Positions 29,469 through 40,760 of a stretch of 64,000 nt of DNA are shown piece after piece. The notes under the pieces were generated by a model, which made no database searches, was not told the DNA's origin, and saw only the letters and a list, made by a program, of their open reading frames with translations. Source of the DNA: Sedimentisphaerales bacterium (GTDB lineage: Bacteria; Planctomycetota; Phycisphaerae; Sedimentisphaerales; Anaerobacaceae); the NCBI GenBank assembly GCA_963708075.1, contig OY970194.1, positions 5,632,001 through 5,696,000 on the forward strand, given 5' to 3'. Numbering within the stretch: position 1 is the first letter of the stretch; the number at the start of each line of letters is the position of its first letter. Position numbers and translations under genes: made by a program.

Positions 29469-31406
29469 ATGATTCACATCCGCAGGACCGCTATCGCCCT
29501 GACCGTTCTCACTCTGCTTGCCCCGGGTCTCAACCGCGTTGCCCGTTCTCAGACCCCGGCATCCCCGGAGGTCTCAAAGAAGACCTTCATCATCACCGGA
29601 TCGACCGGCGTGGGGGGCGTGACGTTCAAAAGTCTGCCGGGCGATCCCATATCGGACGAGCATGGCAACTTCGCCATTGAAGTCCCGAACGACCTCAATG
29701 GCTACGTGATGCCGATCAAGGAAGGCTATACCTTTAACCCGCCGTTCGTCGCCTTCGGCCCTGCGAACAGGGTCAACAACATCTCCTTCACGGCGCGCGT
29801 GGATACATTCACGATCTCCGGCAGCGTCGGGTTCGCTGGTGTCCGGATGACAGATCTGCCTAACACTCCGGTCACGGATGACAACGGCCGGTACAAAGCG
29901 GTTGTTCCATACGCATGGAAGGGGCAGGTCATACCCTCGAAGCTTGGCTATGAGTTCGAGCCTCCCGCGCGGCAGTATACCCGGGTCACGGAAGATCTGG
30001 CGAATGAGGACTATGTGGCCCGCGCGCGCACGATTACGATCTCCGGCAATGTCGGGGCTGCGGACGTGATTCTAGAGGGTTTGCCGGAAGAGGTCGTCTC
30101 CGGACAGGATGGGTCCTATTCCGTGGAAGTCCCCTATGGGTGGGCGGGAACCATCACCCCGATCAAAGACGGCTACAGCTTTTCGCCGGCAAAAAGATCG
30201 ATTGCAGTTGTCACGCGGAATAAGACGGATGCAGACTTCACCGCTGAGGCGAAGATGCTGACGATCACGGACCAGATTCTGCTGGACGGCGATGAGCCCA
30301 TTCAGGGCGTGTATGTCAAGGCCGTGCCGGGGGGCTCTTCCGCGGTCACCGACGCACGGGGAAGGTACGCGATCCAGGTTCCCTCCGGATGGAGTGGCGA
30401 CTTATTCCTTGAGAAGAAGGGGTTCGAATTTGATCCACCAAGTGTCCACTATGACAATGTGACGGAGGATATTGACCTTACGGCGTCAAGGCGTCCCGTG
30501 CCGCCGTCCGGTGCAAAATACCCAAGAGCGCCAGCCCCTGATACCGCTGGCGATGTCCTGGTCATTCCTACGACCGGGGTTTCGACGGTGCAATTCACCG
30601 AGATCGCGGAGGACATGCGCGTGATGCTGAACATCCTGCGTGAGAAGCTCAGCGAGCCGCGGACGATTTCCGGCGTGTTGTACGATTACGGGGACTTCTT
30701 CGGAGACTCGAAGCGAGCGACCGAGGCGCTGTACCTGCAGGGCTACGCGGCCATCTTCATGCTGAAGGCGGACTTCCCGCTGTCCCCGCCGGCGCCGCAG
30801 GGTCAGGCGGAGCCGCCGAAGACCGAGCCGGCCGATCCGGTCTGGCAGCGGGCCAGGGACAGGCTCTATGCTCCGCAGAATGCCGGTGCGTATGGACCTC
30901 CCAGGGCCTCGTCCGAGGCACAGGAGAAGAGCTTCGACCAGCTCAAAGAGGACTTGATCAAGACGCTCAAGCACGCCGCCAATATCCGCAACATCGATCC
31001 CAACGAGTGGATCATCCTGACGGTCACAGGACGCAGTGGCGGGTCGTTTGGCGGCGGTTTCGGCGGGGGCATGTATGGCAGCATGGGCATGATGGGCGGC
31101 GTCGGCGGAGGTGGGGGCGGCGGTATGTATGGAGGCATGATGGGCGGCATGGGCGGCTACGGCGGCGGAGGGGCGGGCGGCGGCTCGTTCGGTTATGGCG
31201 GCGGGGGGCGCTTCCGCATGGACTCCGGCTCACAGGCGGCTGCACCCCGGAGCCGCGGCGCCGGCCGCACTCCGCGGACTCCGGCAGATCCGGCGTCCGC
31301 CACTGTCCTGACGATTCAAGCGAGCAAGGCTGACATTGACGCCCTCGCCGGGGGCAGCCTGAGCTTCGAACAATTCCAAGAGAAGGTGAAGGTCTTCACA
31401 TACTAG
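29469..31406 (+). CDS. Secreted protein with four ~75-aa beta-sandwich repeats and Gly/Met-rich C-terminal region
   Basis: Signal peptide; repeats TISGxVG...VTDxxGxY...VPYxWxG...PxKxGYxFxP. Confidence 0.75.
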   Translation: MIHIRRTAIALTVLTLLAPGLNRVARSQTPASPEVSKKTFIITGSTGVGGVTFKSLPGDPISDEHGNFAIEVPNDLNGYVMPIKEGYTFNPPFVAFGPANRVNNISFTARVDTFTISGSVGFAGVRMTDLPNTPVTDDNGRYKAVVPYAWKGQVIPSKLGYEFEPPARQYTRVTEDLANEDYVARARTITISGNVGAADVILEGLPEEVVSGQDGSYSVEVPYGWAGTITPIKDGYSFSPAKRSIAVVTRNKTDADFTAEAKMLTITDQILLDGDEPIQGVYVKAVPGGSSAVTDARGRYAIQVPSGWSGDLFLEKKGFEFDPPSVHYDNVTEDIDLTASRRPVPPSGAKYPRAPAPDTAGDVLVIPTTGVSTVQFTEIAEDMRVMLNILREKLSEPRTISGVLYDYGDFFGDSKRATEALYLQGYAAIFMLKADFPLSPPAPQGQAEPPKTEPADPVWQRARDRLYAPQNAGAYGPPRASSEAQEKSFDQLKEDLIKTLKHAANIRNIDPNEWIILTVTGRSGGSFGGGFGGGMYGSMGMMGGVGGGGGGGMYGGMMGGMGGYGGGGAGGGSFGYGGGGRFRMDSGSQAAAPRSRGAGRTPRTPADPASATVLTIQASKADIDALAGGSLSFEQFQEKVKVFTY

Positions 31407-31429
31407 TTCGGCAGGGAAAGGGTTCGTCC

Positions 31430-32218
31430 ATGAAACGCACAACGTATTGCAGCGTCATCGTCGTGGTGCTCGTCGCTGTCTTAGTGACATCCGCCTATTC
31501 GCAGGTGCAAAGAGCGCCGGTCCGCGTCCGGCGTAGCGGCACACCGTCCACAGGCACACAGTCCATGGGGCCGTTGCGTGGGCCGATCGATCCTAATATG
31601 ACGCCGCAACAGCGGATGGCCCAGCATCAGCAAGAGTTCCAGCAGCGAATGGCGGAAATGCAGCGCCAGTTGGAGCAGATGCAACGTCAGGCCGAGGAGA
31701 GCTGGAACAACGCCATGCGCCAGATGCTCAACGCTACCGACGAGCAGTGGCCGCGAATCAAGACGAAGCTGGACCTCATCGACAAACTGAAGAAGGAAGC
31801 CGATGTCGCGATAACCAATATTTCGCCGGACAGCGGCTCCTCCAGTGGTGTAAACACCTTCCGGAGCACTGGACAAACCTTCAGCGGCGGCGGGTTCTCG
31901 GGCGGCGTGAGCGGCGGCATCGGGGGATTCAGCATGGGTTCTTCGGGCACGCCGCAGACCTGGAGCAGGACCTGGGGCACCGGCTCGAACCGCCGCGACC
32001 CCGCGAATCCCAGCGACGGCGAAGCCCTCTGCGAGCAACTGCTCCGCGACCTGCAGACCCCCGGCACCCCGCCCGCCGACATCGCCCAGCGAGTGGCCGC
32101 CCTGCGCAAAATTCGCGCCCAGGCCCAGGGACAGCTCGCGCAGGCCCGCAAGGACCTCCGCAGCCTGATCACCCCCGCGCAGGAACCCGCCCTCGTCGCG
32201 ATGGGCTATCTGGACTAA
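31430..32218 (+). CDS. Secreted hypothetical helical protein (Spy/CpxP-like character)
   Basis: Signal peptide, Gln/Met-rich helices, C-terminal LITPAQEPALVAMGYLD. Confidence 0.6.
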   Translation: MKRTTYCSVIVVVLVAVLVTSAYSQVQRAPVRVRRSGTPSTGTQSMGPLRGPIDPNMTPQQRMAQHQQEFQQRMAEMQRQLEQMQRQAEESWNNAMRQMLNATDEQWPRIKTKLDLIDKLKKEADVAITNISPDSGSSSGVNTFRSTGQTFSGGGFSGGVSGGIGGFSMGSSGTPQTWSRTWGTGSNRRDPANPSDGEALCEQLLRDLQTPGTPPADIAQRVAALRKIRAQAQGQLAQARKDLRSLITPAQEPALVAMGYLD

Positions 32219-32264
32219 GATTTGGGAGTTCACCGGATTTTTCTTGCCGGGGACGCGCTCGCGT

Positions 32265-32290
32265 GTTACGATTTCCCGCGATTAGCGTCT
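32265..32290 (+). promoter_or_regulatory. Putative ECF promoter
   Basis: GTTAC-N16-CGTCT; same motif at 40571-40596 in a homologous leader. Confidence 0.55.
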
Positions 32291-32458
32291 CCATCATTAT
32301 CGATGCGGAATGCTGGAGATTGCTCTCTCCAGAAGAGCGGCTGCGACGAGAAGTTATACGGCGGATGGCGGTGCAAGGCGGGATCGTCAAAACAGCAGTT
32401 GTGACGCTGTTTGGGTCTTTTTCATTATCATAACGATCATTTTTCAGGAGGGACGACA

Positions 32459-34697
32459 ATGCAAGGCGGGATTCTCAGCAAATGGTTCGTGGTCATCGTT
32501 TGCGCATGCGCGGCGGCGGCAGTCGGCGCACCGGCGACCGTCATCTATGTGGACGCCGGGGCCACCGGGACCCAGACCGGGTCCTCCTGGGCGGACGCAT
32601 GCAATCACCTTCAGGATGCTCTGACCTTGGCGGCGGCTGCGGAAAAGCCCGTTGAAATCCGGGTCGCTCAGGGCGTCTACAAGCCGGACCAGGGGGCCGG
32701 CATCACACCCGGCGACCGGGCAGCCACCTTCAAGCTGCTCAACGGCGTCAGCATCAAAGGCGGGTACGCCGGCGTGGCGGCATCCGATCCCAACGCCCGG
32801 GATATCAAGCTCTATGAGACGCTCCTCAGCGGCGATGTGGTCGGCGATGACGGCTCTAAAGACCCGGCCAGACACAACAACAGCCTGCGCGTTATCACCG
32901 GCAGTGGGACTGACAAGACAGCGGTGCTGGACGGCCTCACCGTCACGGCTGGTTTCTCTGCGTTCGATCCGGCTGGGGCGTCAGGTGACCGCGGGGCGGG
33001 CCTGATGGTCAATGCCGGCAGCCCCACAGTCCTCAATTGCCGGTTCATCGGCAATCACGCCTCGGGGCCCGGGGGAGCAGTGACGGCTCGCAACGGGAGC
33101 AATCCCATTTTGACCGGCTGCGAGTTCCTCAACAATCAGGGAGCCGGCTTCTACTGCCGGGAGAACAGCAATCCCGTCCTGACCCATTGCCGATTTGAAG
33201 GCAATATCTTTAGGGACATGGAGAGCCAGAACAGCAGTCCTGTCATTACCGGTTGTCAGTTCCTCAGCACCGGGGTCAACGCCATCCAAGCCGTGGACTG
33301 CAATTTTGTCCTGATGGATTGCGTGTTCACGGGCAGCGACGGCAGAATGCCCACACAGGGGATCGACTTCATGGGTGGCCGGGCCACGCTGACGGGCTGC
33401 ACATTCACGGGTTTCACAGACGGGGCCATGGACGCTCCCGACGATCTGACCCTCGTGCGCTGCACGTTCAGAGACAACTCAGGATTCCTGGCCGGCGCCG
33501 TGCGGGGCTCTTTCAATCGTCACATTACGGCATTGGAATGCGTCTTTGCCGGGAATCACGGTTCGATAGCCGGGGCGATCTCGGGCGGAGATATGGAGCT
33601 TCACGATTGTGAATTCACAGGCAACTCAGGATCCGGGGTAGGCGCCGTAGAGGCCGGCCCTGAGGCGTTCATCGCTACCGGCTGCGTGTTCTCCGGGAAT
33701 TCCGCCAACACGTATGGAGTGGGTGCAATCTCCGGCCACGCAGAGATCTTCAAGCTGTCTAACTGCACCTTCGTCGGCAATCGCGGCAGATACACCAGTC
33801 TCGATGGCAGGTTCTCCGGGATGTTGCCAATTCAGATCACGCAGTGCATCATCCGCGACGGACCGGAACCGTTCGGATCACGTCCCCCCGCGGGCACGCC
33901 GACGCGGATCGACGCCACCTTCAGCAATATTCAGGGCGGCTACCCGGGCGAGGGCAATATCGATGTGGACCCGTGCTTTGTCGATCCGGGTTACTGGGCC
34001 AGTCCGAGCGATCCGACCAAAGAGGTCGGGCCGGATGATCCTTGTGCCGTCTGGGTCGCGGGCGATTACCATTTGAAATCGCAGGGGGGCCATTGGGATC
34101 GGGCGACAGAGAACCTGGGTGCGCGATGAGGTCACCAGCGGGTGCATCGATGCGGGCGATCCAAACGGCCTGCTGGGTGTCGAGCCATTCCCGAACGGGG
34201 GATTTGTCAACCTTGGCGCCTATGGCGGCACCGCGGAAGCCAGCAAGTCATACTTCGGCGAGCCGATCTGCGAGGACCAGTTAGCCGGCGACATCAACGG
34301 CGATTGCAGGGTCGATCACGCGGATATAGACATTCTGTTGATGCATTGGCTCATGAAAGGAAACGGGCTCGCCAATCTCCCGCCGACCATCACCCTCCTC
34401 TGTCCCAAAGATGGCGACGAATTCACGTATCCGGCGCCCATCCTCGTTCAAGCCACGGCATCCGATCCTGACGGGGCCGTGCTGCGGGTCAAGTACACGT
34501 TCGAATACCGCACGGCGAATACCCGGAGCACGAGCGGCACGACGATCACTGACCCGACAAACAACTGGGCCAAGGAATGGTCATGGTCGAACCTTCGCCA
34601 CGACGGGACTTATACGGTCTGGGCGGAGGTCATGGACAATGAGGGCGCCAAGACAGCCACGCCCAAGGTCAAGGTGACGTTGCATCCGCAGAAGTAA
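32459..34697 (+). CDS. Secreted right-handed beta-helix (pectin-lyase fold) protein with dockerin-like and Ig-like C-terminus; +1 frameshift at ~34112
   Basis: IYVDAxA...SW...LQDAL, CxFxxN repeats, GDINGDCRVD; extra A versus intact paralog 40761-43013. Confidence 0.8.
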
Positions 34698-34792
34698 TCG
34701 CGGAGGGAAACAGACTGCCAAGGCATGAAGGGGCGGGGAGCGGCATTGTCTCCCTGCTCTCCTGGTCATAGGCTTGCGCCGTAGAGTGCCTG

Positions 34793-35632
34793 TCAATCCC
34801 AGGCCAGTGCGACGAGGAAGGAGATCAGGCCGATGATGAAGAAGGCCAGGAAGTAGCCGAAGTGCTCCGTGGTCAGGGTGACGCCCGCCCCGGTGATCGT
34901 GGCGGCGAAGGTCACGGCCGGCGGCGTACCTGCCAGGCCGACGAACGCGGCGACCGGGCCCGTGTGCAGCGAGGCGGCGGTGATGGTTCCCGCCGCCGGG
35001 ACACTTTCGGCGGGGGCGGTGAGCAGGCCGAACAGGCCTAGTGCCGTCAGCAGCAGTCCCTTGGCGAATCCCCGCTTGGTCAAGTGCCGGCTCAGCGACC
35101 GCTTGGCCCGGAAGAACAGCACCCGCGCCCGCAGCTCCTTGCAGCCCATCTGGTCGGCGATCTCGGCGTACGACATCTGCTCGTAGCAGCGAAGCAGCAG
35201 GACGTTGCGATACGTCAGCTTCAGTTGCCCGATCGCCATGACAATCGTCTCGGACAGCTCCTCGCGTATCGCGTGGTTCAGGCCGTCGTTGTGGTCGTCG
35301 GTCAAGTAGTCCGACAGCCGCTGCCGGCTCAGTGCTGAGAATTCGATAGCCTGTTCCCGGGCGAGGTCGCGATAGTAGTGCTGGACGGTGCCCAACGCCG
35401 TGCGGAACAGCCAGCACCAGAACCGCTCCGGCTGCTCCAGCTCTTTCATGTTCTCGACCATCTTCAGTAGCGTCTCCTGCAGAAGGTCCTGCGCCAGGTC
35501 GTGGTTGAGGGTGAGCCGGTAGATGTACGAATAGAGTCTCTGCCTGGCCACCGCCGCGAGGTAGTTGGCCGCCCCCTGGTCCCCATGCTGCGCCTGGCGG
35601 ACCCACTGTGTAAAACCGGCTTCAGTTCCCAT
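34793..35632 (-). CDS. ECF sigma factor with C-terminal hydrophobic (membrane) extension
   Basis: DLAQDLLQET, FWCWLFRTA, EQMSYAEIA; hydrophobic tail ending FLAFFIIGLISFLVALAWD. Confidence 0.88.
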   Translation of the reverse strand: MGTEAGFTQWVRQAQHGDQGAANYLAAVARQRLYSYIYRLTLNHDLAQDLLQETLLKMVENMKELEQPERFWCWLFRTALGTVQHYYRDLAREQAIEFSALSRQRLSDYLTDDHNDGLNHAIREELSETIVMAIGQLKLTYRNVLLLRCYEQMSYAEIADQMGCKELRARVLFFRAKRSLSRHLTKRGFAKGLLLTALGLFGLLTAPAESVPAAGTITAASLHTGPVAAFVGLAGTPPAVTFAATITGAGVTLTTEHFGYFLAFFIIGLISFLVALAWD

Positions 35633-35647
35633 GTGTCTGACCCGTAT

Positions 35648-35673
35648 AGTCCAGGATCTCCCGCCCGCGTTAC
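35648..35673 (-). promoter_or_regulatory. Putative ECF autoregulatory promoter
   Basis: GTAAC-N16-GGACT, 16 nt before the sigma ATG. Confidence 0.65.
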
Positions 35674-35764
35674 ACGAAAAATTGACGGACCTGGTGAAAA
35701 ATATATCCGTTCGGCCGACCAACGACGAGTACCTTCCATTTTGAAATAAGTCCCTGAAAAGAGT

Positions 35765-35790
35765 GTAACATCGCCCGCCCTCGCTGGACT
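35765..35790 (+). promoter_or_regulatory. Putative ECF promoter for GLUG gene
   Basis: GTAAC-N16-GGACT. Confidence 0.65.
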
Positions 35791-35856
35791 GAACGTCGCA
35801 GATGAGCAAACCTCGAATCGCACGGGATGCCACTTGGCTGAACACGAGGAGTAACC

Positions 35857-38050
35857 ATGAGCACGAATACAGATCGCTTTTACGAAATCATCGTTGTTCT
35901 CTCCGTACTTGGGTCGGGCCTGGCCGCCCACGCTTACGAATTCGCCGGGGGCACGGGCGAGCCGAATGACCCGTACAGAATCGCCACGGCTGAGCAGCTC
36001 ATCTCCATCAGTTCCGACCCGAATCTGCTCGACAAGCACTTTGTCCTGCTCAACGACATCGACCTGGACCCGAACCTGTCCGGCCGGCGTGTTTTCACAG
36101 TCGCCGTGATTGCACCCGGCTTGACCAACCGTGAACACGATTTCCAGGGGGGCGCCTTCATGGGCAGCTTCGATGGCGACGGCCACACAATCCGGAATCT
36201 CAAGATTGATGCTGGCTCCGATCCTGACGCTGGCGATTGCGTGGGTCTGTTTGGCAAAGTGGGCAGACAGGCCGTGGTGAAGAACCTTGGAATCGAGAAC
36301 CGAAAGTGACGGGATAAATGGAGTCTATCGTGGTGCTTTGGCCGGATGGAATGACGGCCGCATTGTGGATTGCTATGCAAAGGGATTCATGGTCGCCGGC
36401 TTCGAAAGCGTCGGTGGGTTGGTGGGATACAACGGTGGCGAGATCATCCGCAGCCGCGCTGATTTCGGACGGATTGCGGGTCATGAGGAAGTGGGTGGCC
36501 TGGTGGGCCACAACAATGGCGGCGGCAGAATAATCGGGTGTTCTGCGGCGGCCTCCGATATCCCGGTCATTAGTGGTTACAGCGGTGGATTGGCCGGGAT
36601 CAATGAAGGCAACATCACCCGCAGTTGCGCGACGGGGAACATATCCGTCCAAAGCCGCACAGGATTTGCAGGGGGGCTGGTGGGAAGGACAGACCCTTCC
36701 AGCAGGATCTCCAACAGCTACGCCACCGTCAACGTCTCCTCGCGGACAAGAGCTTCCCGCCTCGGTGGTCTCATTGGGTTTATGAGCGGCGGCGATATCA
36801 GCAACTGTCTTGCAGCAGGCGGTATTTCCGGCAGTGCCATGAGCGATTCACTTGGGGGCCTGGTGGGGTCGGTCGGGGATGGGAGCATCAGAAACTGCTA
36901 TGCCGTCGGCCAGGTCCGCGCCGGCACGAACAGCACCAGGATCGGCGGCTTGATCGGAGATGGCGGCGACGACAAGGTCAAGGCATCGTTCTGGGACACC
37001 GAGGCGAGCGGATTATCCGAGAGCGCCGGTGGCACGGGGCTGACCACCGTCCAGATGCAGGACCTGCAGACGTTCGTGGGGTGCGGATGGGACTTTGTGG
37101 GTGAGCGGGCGAACGGCACGGCCGACGTGTGGCGGATGCCACAAGGGGGCGGTTATCCAGCGCTGACGCTTCCATCCGATGCATACGACCCGCCCGGACT
37201 CGCCGGCAGCGGTACACCCGATGATCCGTACAGAATTGGCACGCCGGAGGATCTGGGCGCGGTCTGGCGAGATCCGTTCGCCTGCTACCAACTGACGGCG
37301 GATGTCGATCTGGGGGATGTCACCTGGAGCGCCGCTCCGATGGACTACTTCAATGGCGAGTTTCACGGCGCTGGGTTTGTCATTTCCCACCTGAGCATCC
37401 GCGGCCGAGGCTGCCTGGGCCTGTTCGCCTCGCTGGGGCCGCAGGCCATCGTGACGGACCTGGGCATCGAGGACGCCAACATCACAGGTGAAGATGATGC
37501 CGAGCATCTTGGCATTCTGGCCGGGTACAACAAAGGGAATATCAGCAGGTGTTATGTCACCGGCCGTGTCTCGGCGGGCATGAGAACCTGGAGTGTTGGC
37601 GGCCTGGTTGGGGTCAATGGCGATTATCTTCAAACGTGGATGGAGAGCACATACCCTCTCAGCGAGGGCAGAATCGCCGACTGCTATGCTATCGCGACTG
37701 TCTCTGCCGGCCCCGATAGTGGTCCCATAGGCGGCCTTGTCGGGGACAGCCAACGGGGCACGCTGACCCACTGCTATGCGGCCGGCCCGGTCTCGGGCGG
37801 AAACAGAAATTGGAGCGTGGGTAACCTTGCGGGAGAAGAGACCGAGAACAGCACAGTTGTCGATTGTTATTTCCTGACTTCTCCCGAGGCCAACGGACCC
37901 CCTTACAACGGGATCGGTGTGCCCTTGACCGACGGACAGATGAAACAGCAAGCCAGCTTCACCGGCTGGGACTTTGGAACCATCTGGATGATCTGTGAAG
38001 GCAAGGACTACCCCCGGCTGTGGTGGGAACTGGTGCAGTGTGGGCCGTGA
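35857..38050 (+). CDS. Secreted GLUG-motif repeat protein; frameshift near 36300
   Basis: FAGGTGEPNDPYRIAT, repeated VGGLVG, GWDF...W...YP termini (two modules). Confidence 0.8.
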
Positions 38051-38068
38051 TTTTTTTTCCGAAATCGC

Positions 38069-38094
38069 GTAACGCGGGCGGCGGGTCTTGGACT
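38069..38094 (+). promoter_or_regulatory. Putative ECF promoter for beta-helix gene
   Basis: GTAAC-N16-GGACT; spacer begins gcgggcgg as in 35648-35673. Confidence 0.65.
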
Positions 38095-38318
38095 AAACGA
38101 GAGAACGACGCCGGGACGGCTGTCCGCGGCTGTGGAATTGGGTGAAAACCTGTGCCCAGTAGCATTTGGCTGGCCGGACAGGTCATGCGGGCAGTATGGG
38201 CCGCCGTGGAGGGGCGGCCCAGCTTCCTCCTTGCGGACTGTCTGTACGGTAGGGGAGCATGCACCAACACGACTGATGGCTATCCAGCAGGCGAGTTGGG
38301 CGATGAAAGGAGAGGAAC

Positions 38319-40518
38319 ATGAACAGGACCGGATACGGCAGATTGGCGGGATTTGCATTGGGTATCGTCCTCAGCTTGTGTTTCGCGTGCGAGGGGCGAA
38401 TCCTCTACGTCGATGGCACGGGCCCCGGGGCGAACGACGGCTCATCCTGGGCGAACGCCTGCAAGCATCTTCAGGACGCGCTGACGAGGGCGAAGGCGGC
38501 GGATAAGCCCATGGAAATCCGCGTCGCCCAAGGCATCTACAAGCCGGACCAGGGGACCGGCATTACCCCCGGCGACCAAACGGCCAGCTTCCAACTGCTT
38601 AACGGCGTCACCCTCAAGGGCGGCTACGCCGGTGCCGCCGCACCCGACCCCAACACCCGCGACATCGAGCTCTACGAAACCATCCTCAGCGGCGACCTCA
38701 AAGCAGATGACAGTGCAGACCTCCGCCGCAGCCAGGACAATAGCTGTCGGGTTGTTGCCGCTTCGGCAACAGACGAAACGGCTGTGATCGACGGCTTCAC
38801 CATTACCGCCGGCGGGGCGGGATGGGGCAAGTGCGGCGATGAATATGGTGGTGAGGCCGGGATTGTGATCGATGCCGGCAGCCCTGTGATTCGGGCCTGT
38901 CATTTCACCGCGACCCATGCAGGTGGTGTGTCCGCGCGCTGCAAGTAAGCCTTTCTTGGTCGGATGCATCTTTGATGGCCATAGCGTGCGGACTCTGGAC
39001 AGCAGCCCCGTTGTGGCTGACTGCATCTTCATCAACGGCACAATGACCAATGACAAGGGCAGCATGTCGTTGACCAACTGCACGTTTGATCAGGCGCGCA
39101 TCAGCAGCCTCAACAGTGGCAGCCTCGCCCTGACCAACTGCATTTTCAGAAATAGCCAGCATTCCGCGATCGAGATACGGAACGTCGACTCCATTTTCAC
39201 GGGCTGCCTCTTCGAACAAAACGGTCGGCCTGGCTGGCTGGACCGCGTCATTGAGTCTTATGGCGGCGTTATGACTCTGGAGGACTGTCGGTTCGTTGAG
39301 AACAGCGGACTCTGCCTCGATGGCACCGAGGGCACCAAACTCAACCTGACCCGCTGCTCATTCACTGCGAACACGGCGATGGGCACCACGGCCATCTGGG
39401 CATCGGGAAGCCTGGTCCTTCATGATTGCGAGTTCATCGGCAATTCATCTCAGATTGGTGCAGGGGCCATCCATGCTAGTGGTGATCAACTGAAGGCCAC
39501 AGGCTGCCTCTTCGCCGGCAACTCCACCGAGATGAAGATATTTGCGTCTGGCGCGGTCATGTGTAATACAGTGGTGACACAACTGTCGCATTGCACCTTC
39601 ATCGGCAACCGCGGCCAACCCAGTGCGATAAAATGCACAGGCGGTCGCGCAGAGCTTTCGTACTGCATCATCTGGAATGGTCCCGATCCCTTTAGCAAGG
39701 ACCCTTTGGACCAGCCCCGGGTCGACGTCACATACAGCGATATTCAGGGCGGTTATCCGGGTGAGGGCAATATCGATGTGGACCCGTGCTTTGTCGATGC
39801 AGGATACTGGGCGGAACCGAATGATCCGAATATAGAAGTCGGCCCGGACGATCCGAACGCGGTCTGGGTGAATGGCGACTATCATTTGAAGTCCCAGGCG
39901 GGTCGCTGGGACCGGAGTGCCGGGGCCTGGGTATGCGATGAGGTCACCAGCGCGTGCATCGACGCGGGGGACCCTGCCACACCCATCGGCTTGGAGCCTT
40001 TCCCGAACGGCGGCATTGTGAATCTGGGCGCGTACGGCGGCACGAGCGAGGCCAGCAAGTCGTACTTCGGCGAGCTCGTGTGCGAGACCCGGATCGCCGG
40101 CGATATCAATGGCGACTGCAAGGTCGATCAGACGGACATGGACATTCTGCTACTGCATTGGCTGACGGATGCGGCGGATCTGGTCAACATGCCGCCAACG
40201 GTCACACTCACATTACCCGAAGATGGCGAGGTATTCGATTATCCAGCGTGGGTGGCCCTTCGTGCCGATGCCGCTGATAGCGATGGATCGGTGATCAGTG
40301 TGAAGTTCATCATGGACTACAGTAACAACGGCAACCATGTCCGGGCAACTTCCACAGATACCGACCCATCGGACGGCTGGCGCTACGACTGGCAATGGTG
40401 GGGCACCACGGGAGTGCCATTCCAAGGCTCTTACACCATCTGGGCCGAGGCAATGGATAACGACGGTGGCATGGCCGTCTCGCCCAAGATCACGATCACT
40501 CTCCGTGTGACGAATTAA
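38319..40518 (+). CDS. Secreted beta-helix protein paralog; frameshift near 38938
   Basis: Same architecture as 32459 and 40761 genes, split across two frames. Confidence 0.8.
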
Positions 40519-40570
40519 CCTTTGGAACCGGGGTTTCCGGAGAATTTTCTCGTCTGAAGGCCCCTTGAGT

Positions 40571-40596
40571 GTTACGATTTCGTATGATTCGCGTCT
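40571..40596 (+). promoter_or_regulatory. Putative ECF promoter
   Basis: GTTAC-N16-CGTCT. Confidence 0.55.
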
Positions 40597-40760
40597 ACAT
40601 AAGCACGAATGCGGAACCTTGAGATTGCTTCTTGCGAGAGATGAGCCGCAGCGGACGTATTGCACGGCGGGCTCAGGCTTCAACCAAAGCGGTTGAACAG
40701 CGGCTGTAACGCTGTCTGAGTTTTCAGTCGTTACGAACGGTTTCTCCAGGAGGTACGACA

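Noticed and set aside
31040..31215. GGC-rich tandem repeat
   Set aside because: Explained by a Gly/Met-rich coding segment of 29469-31406
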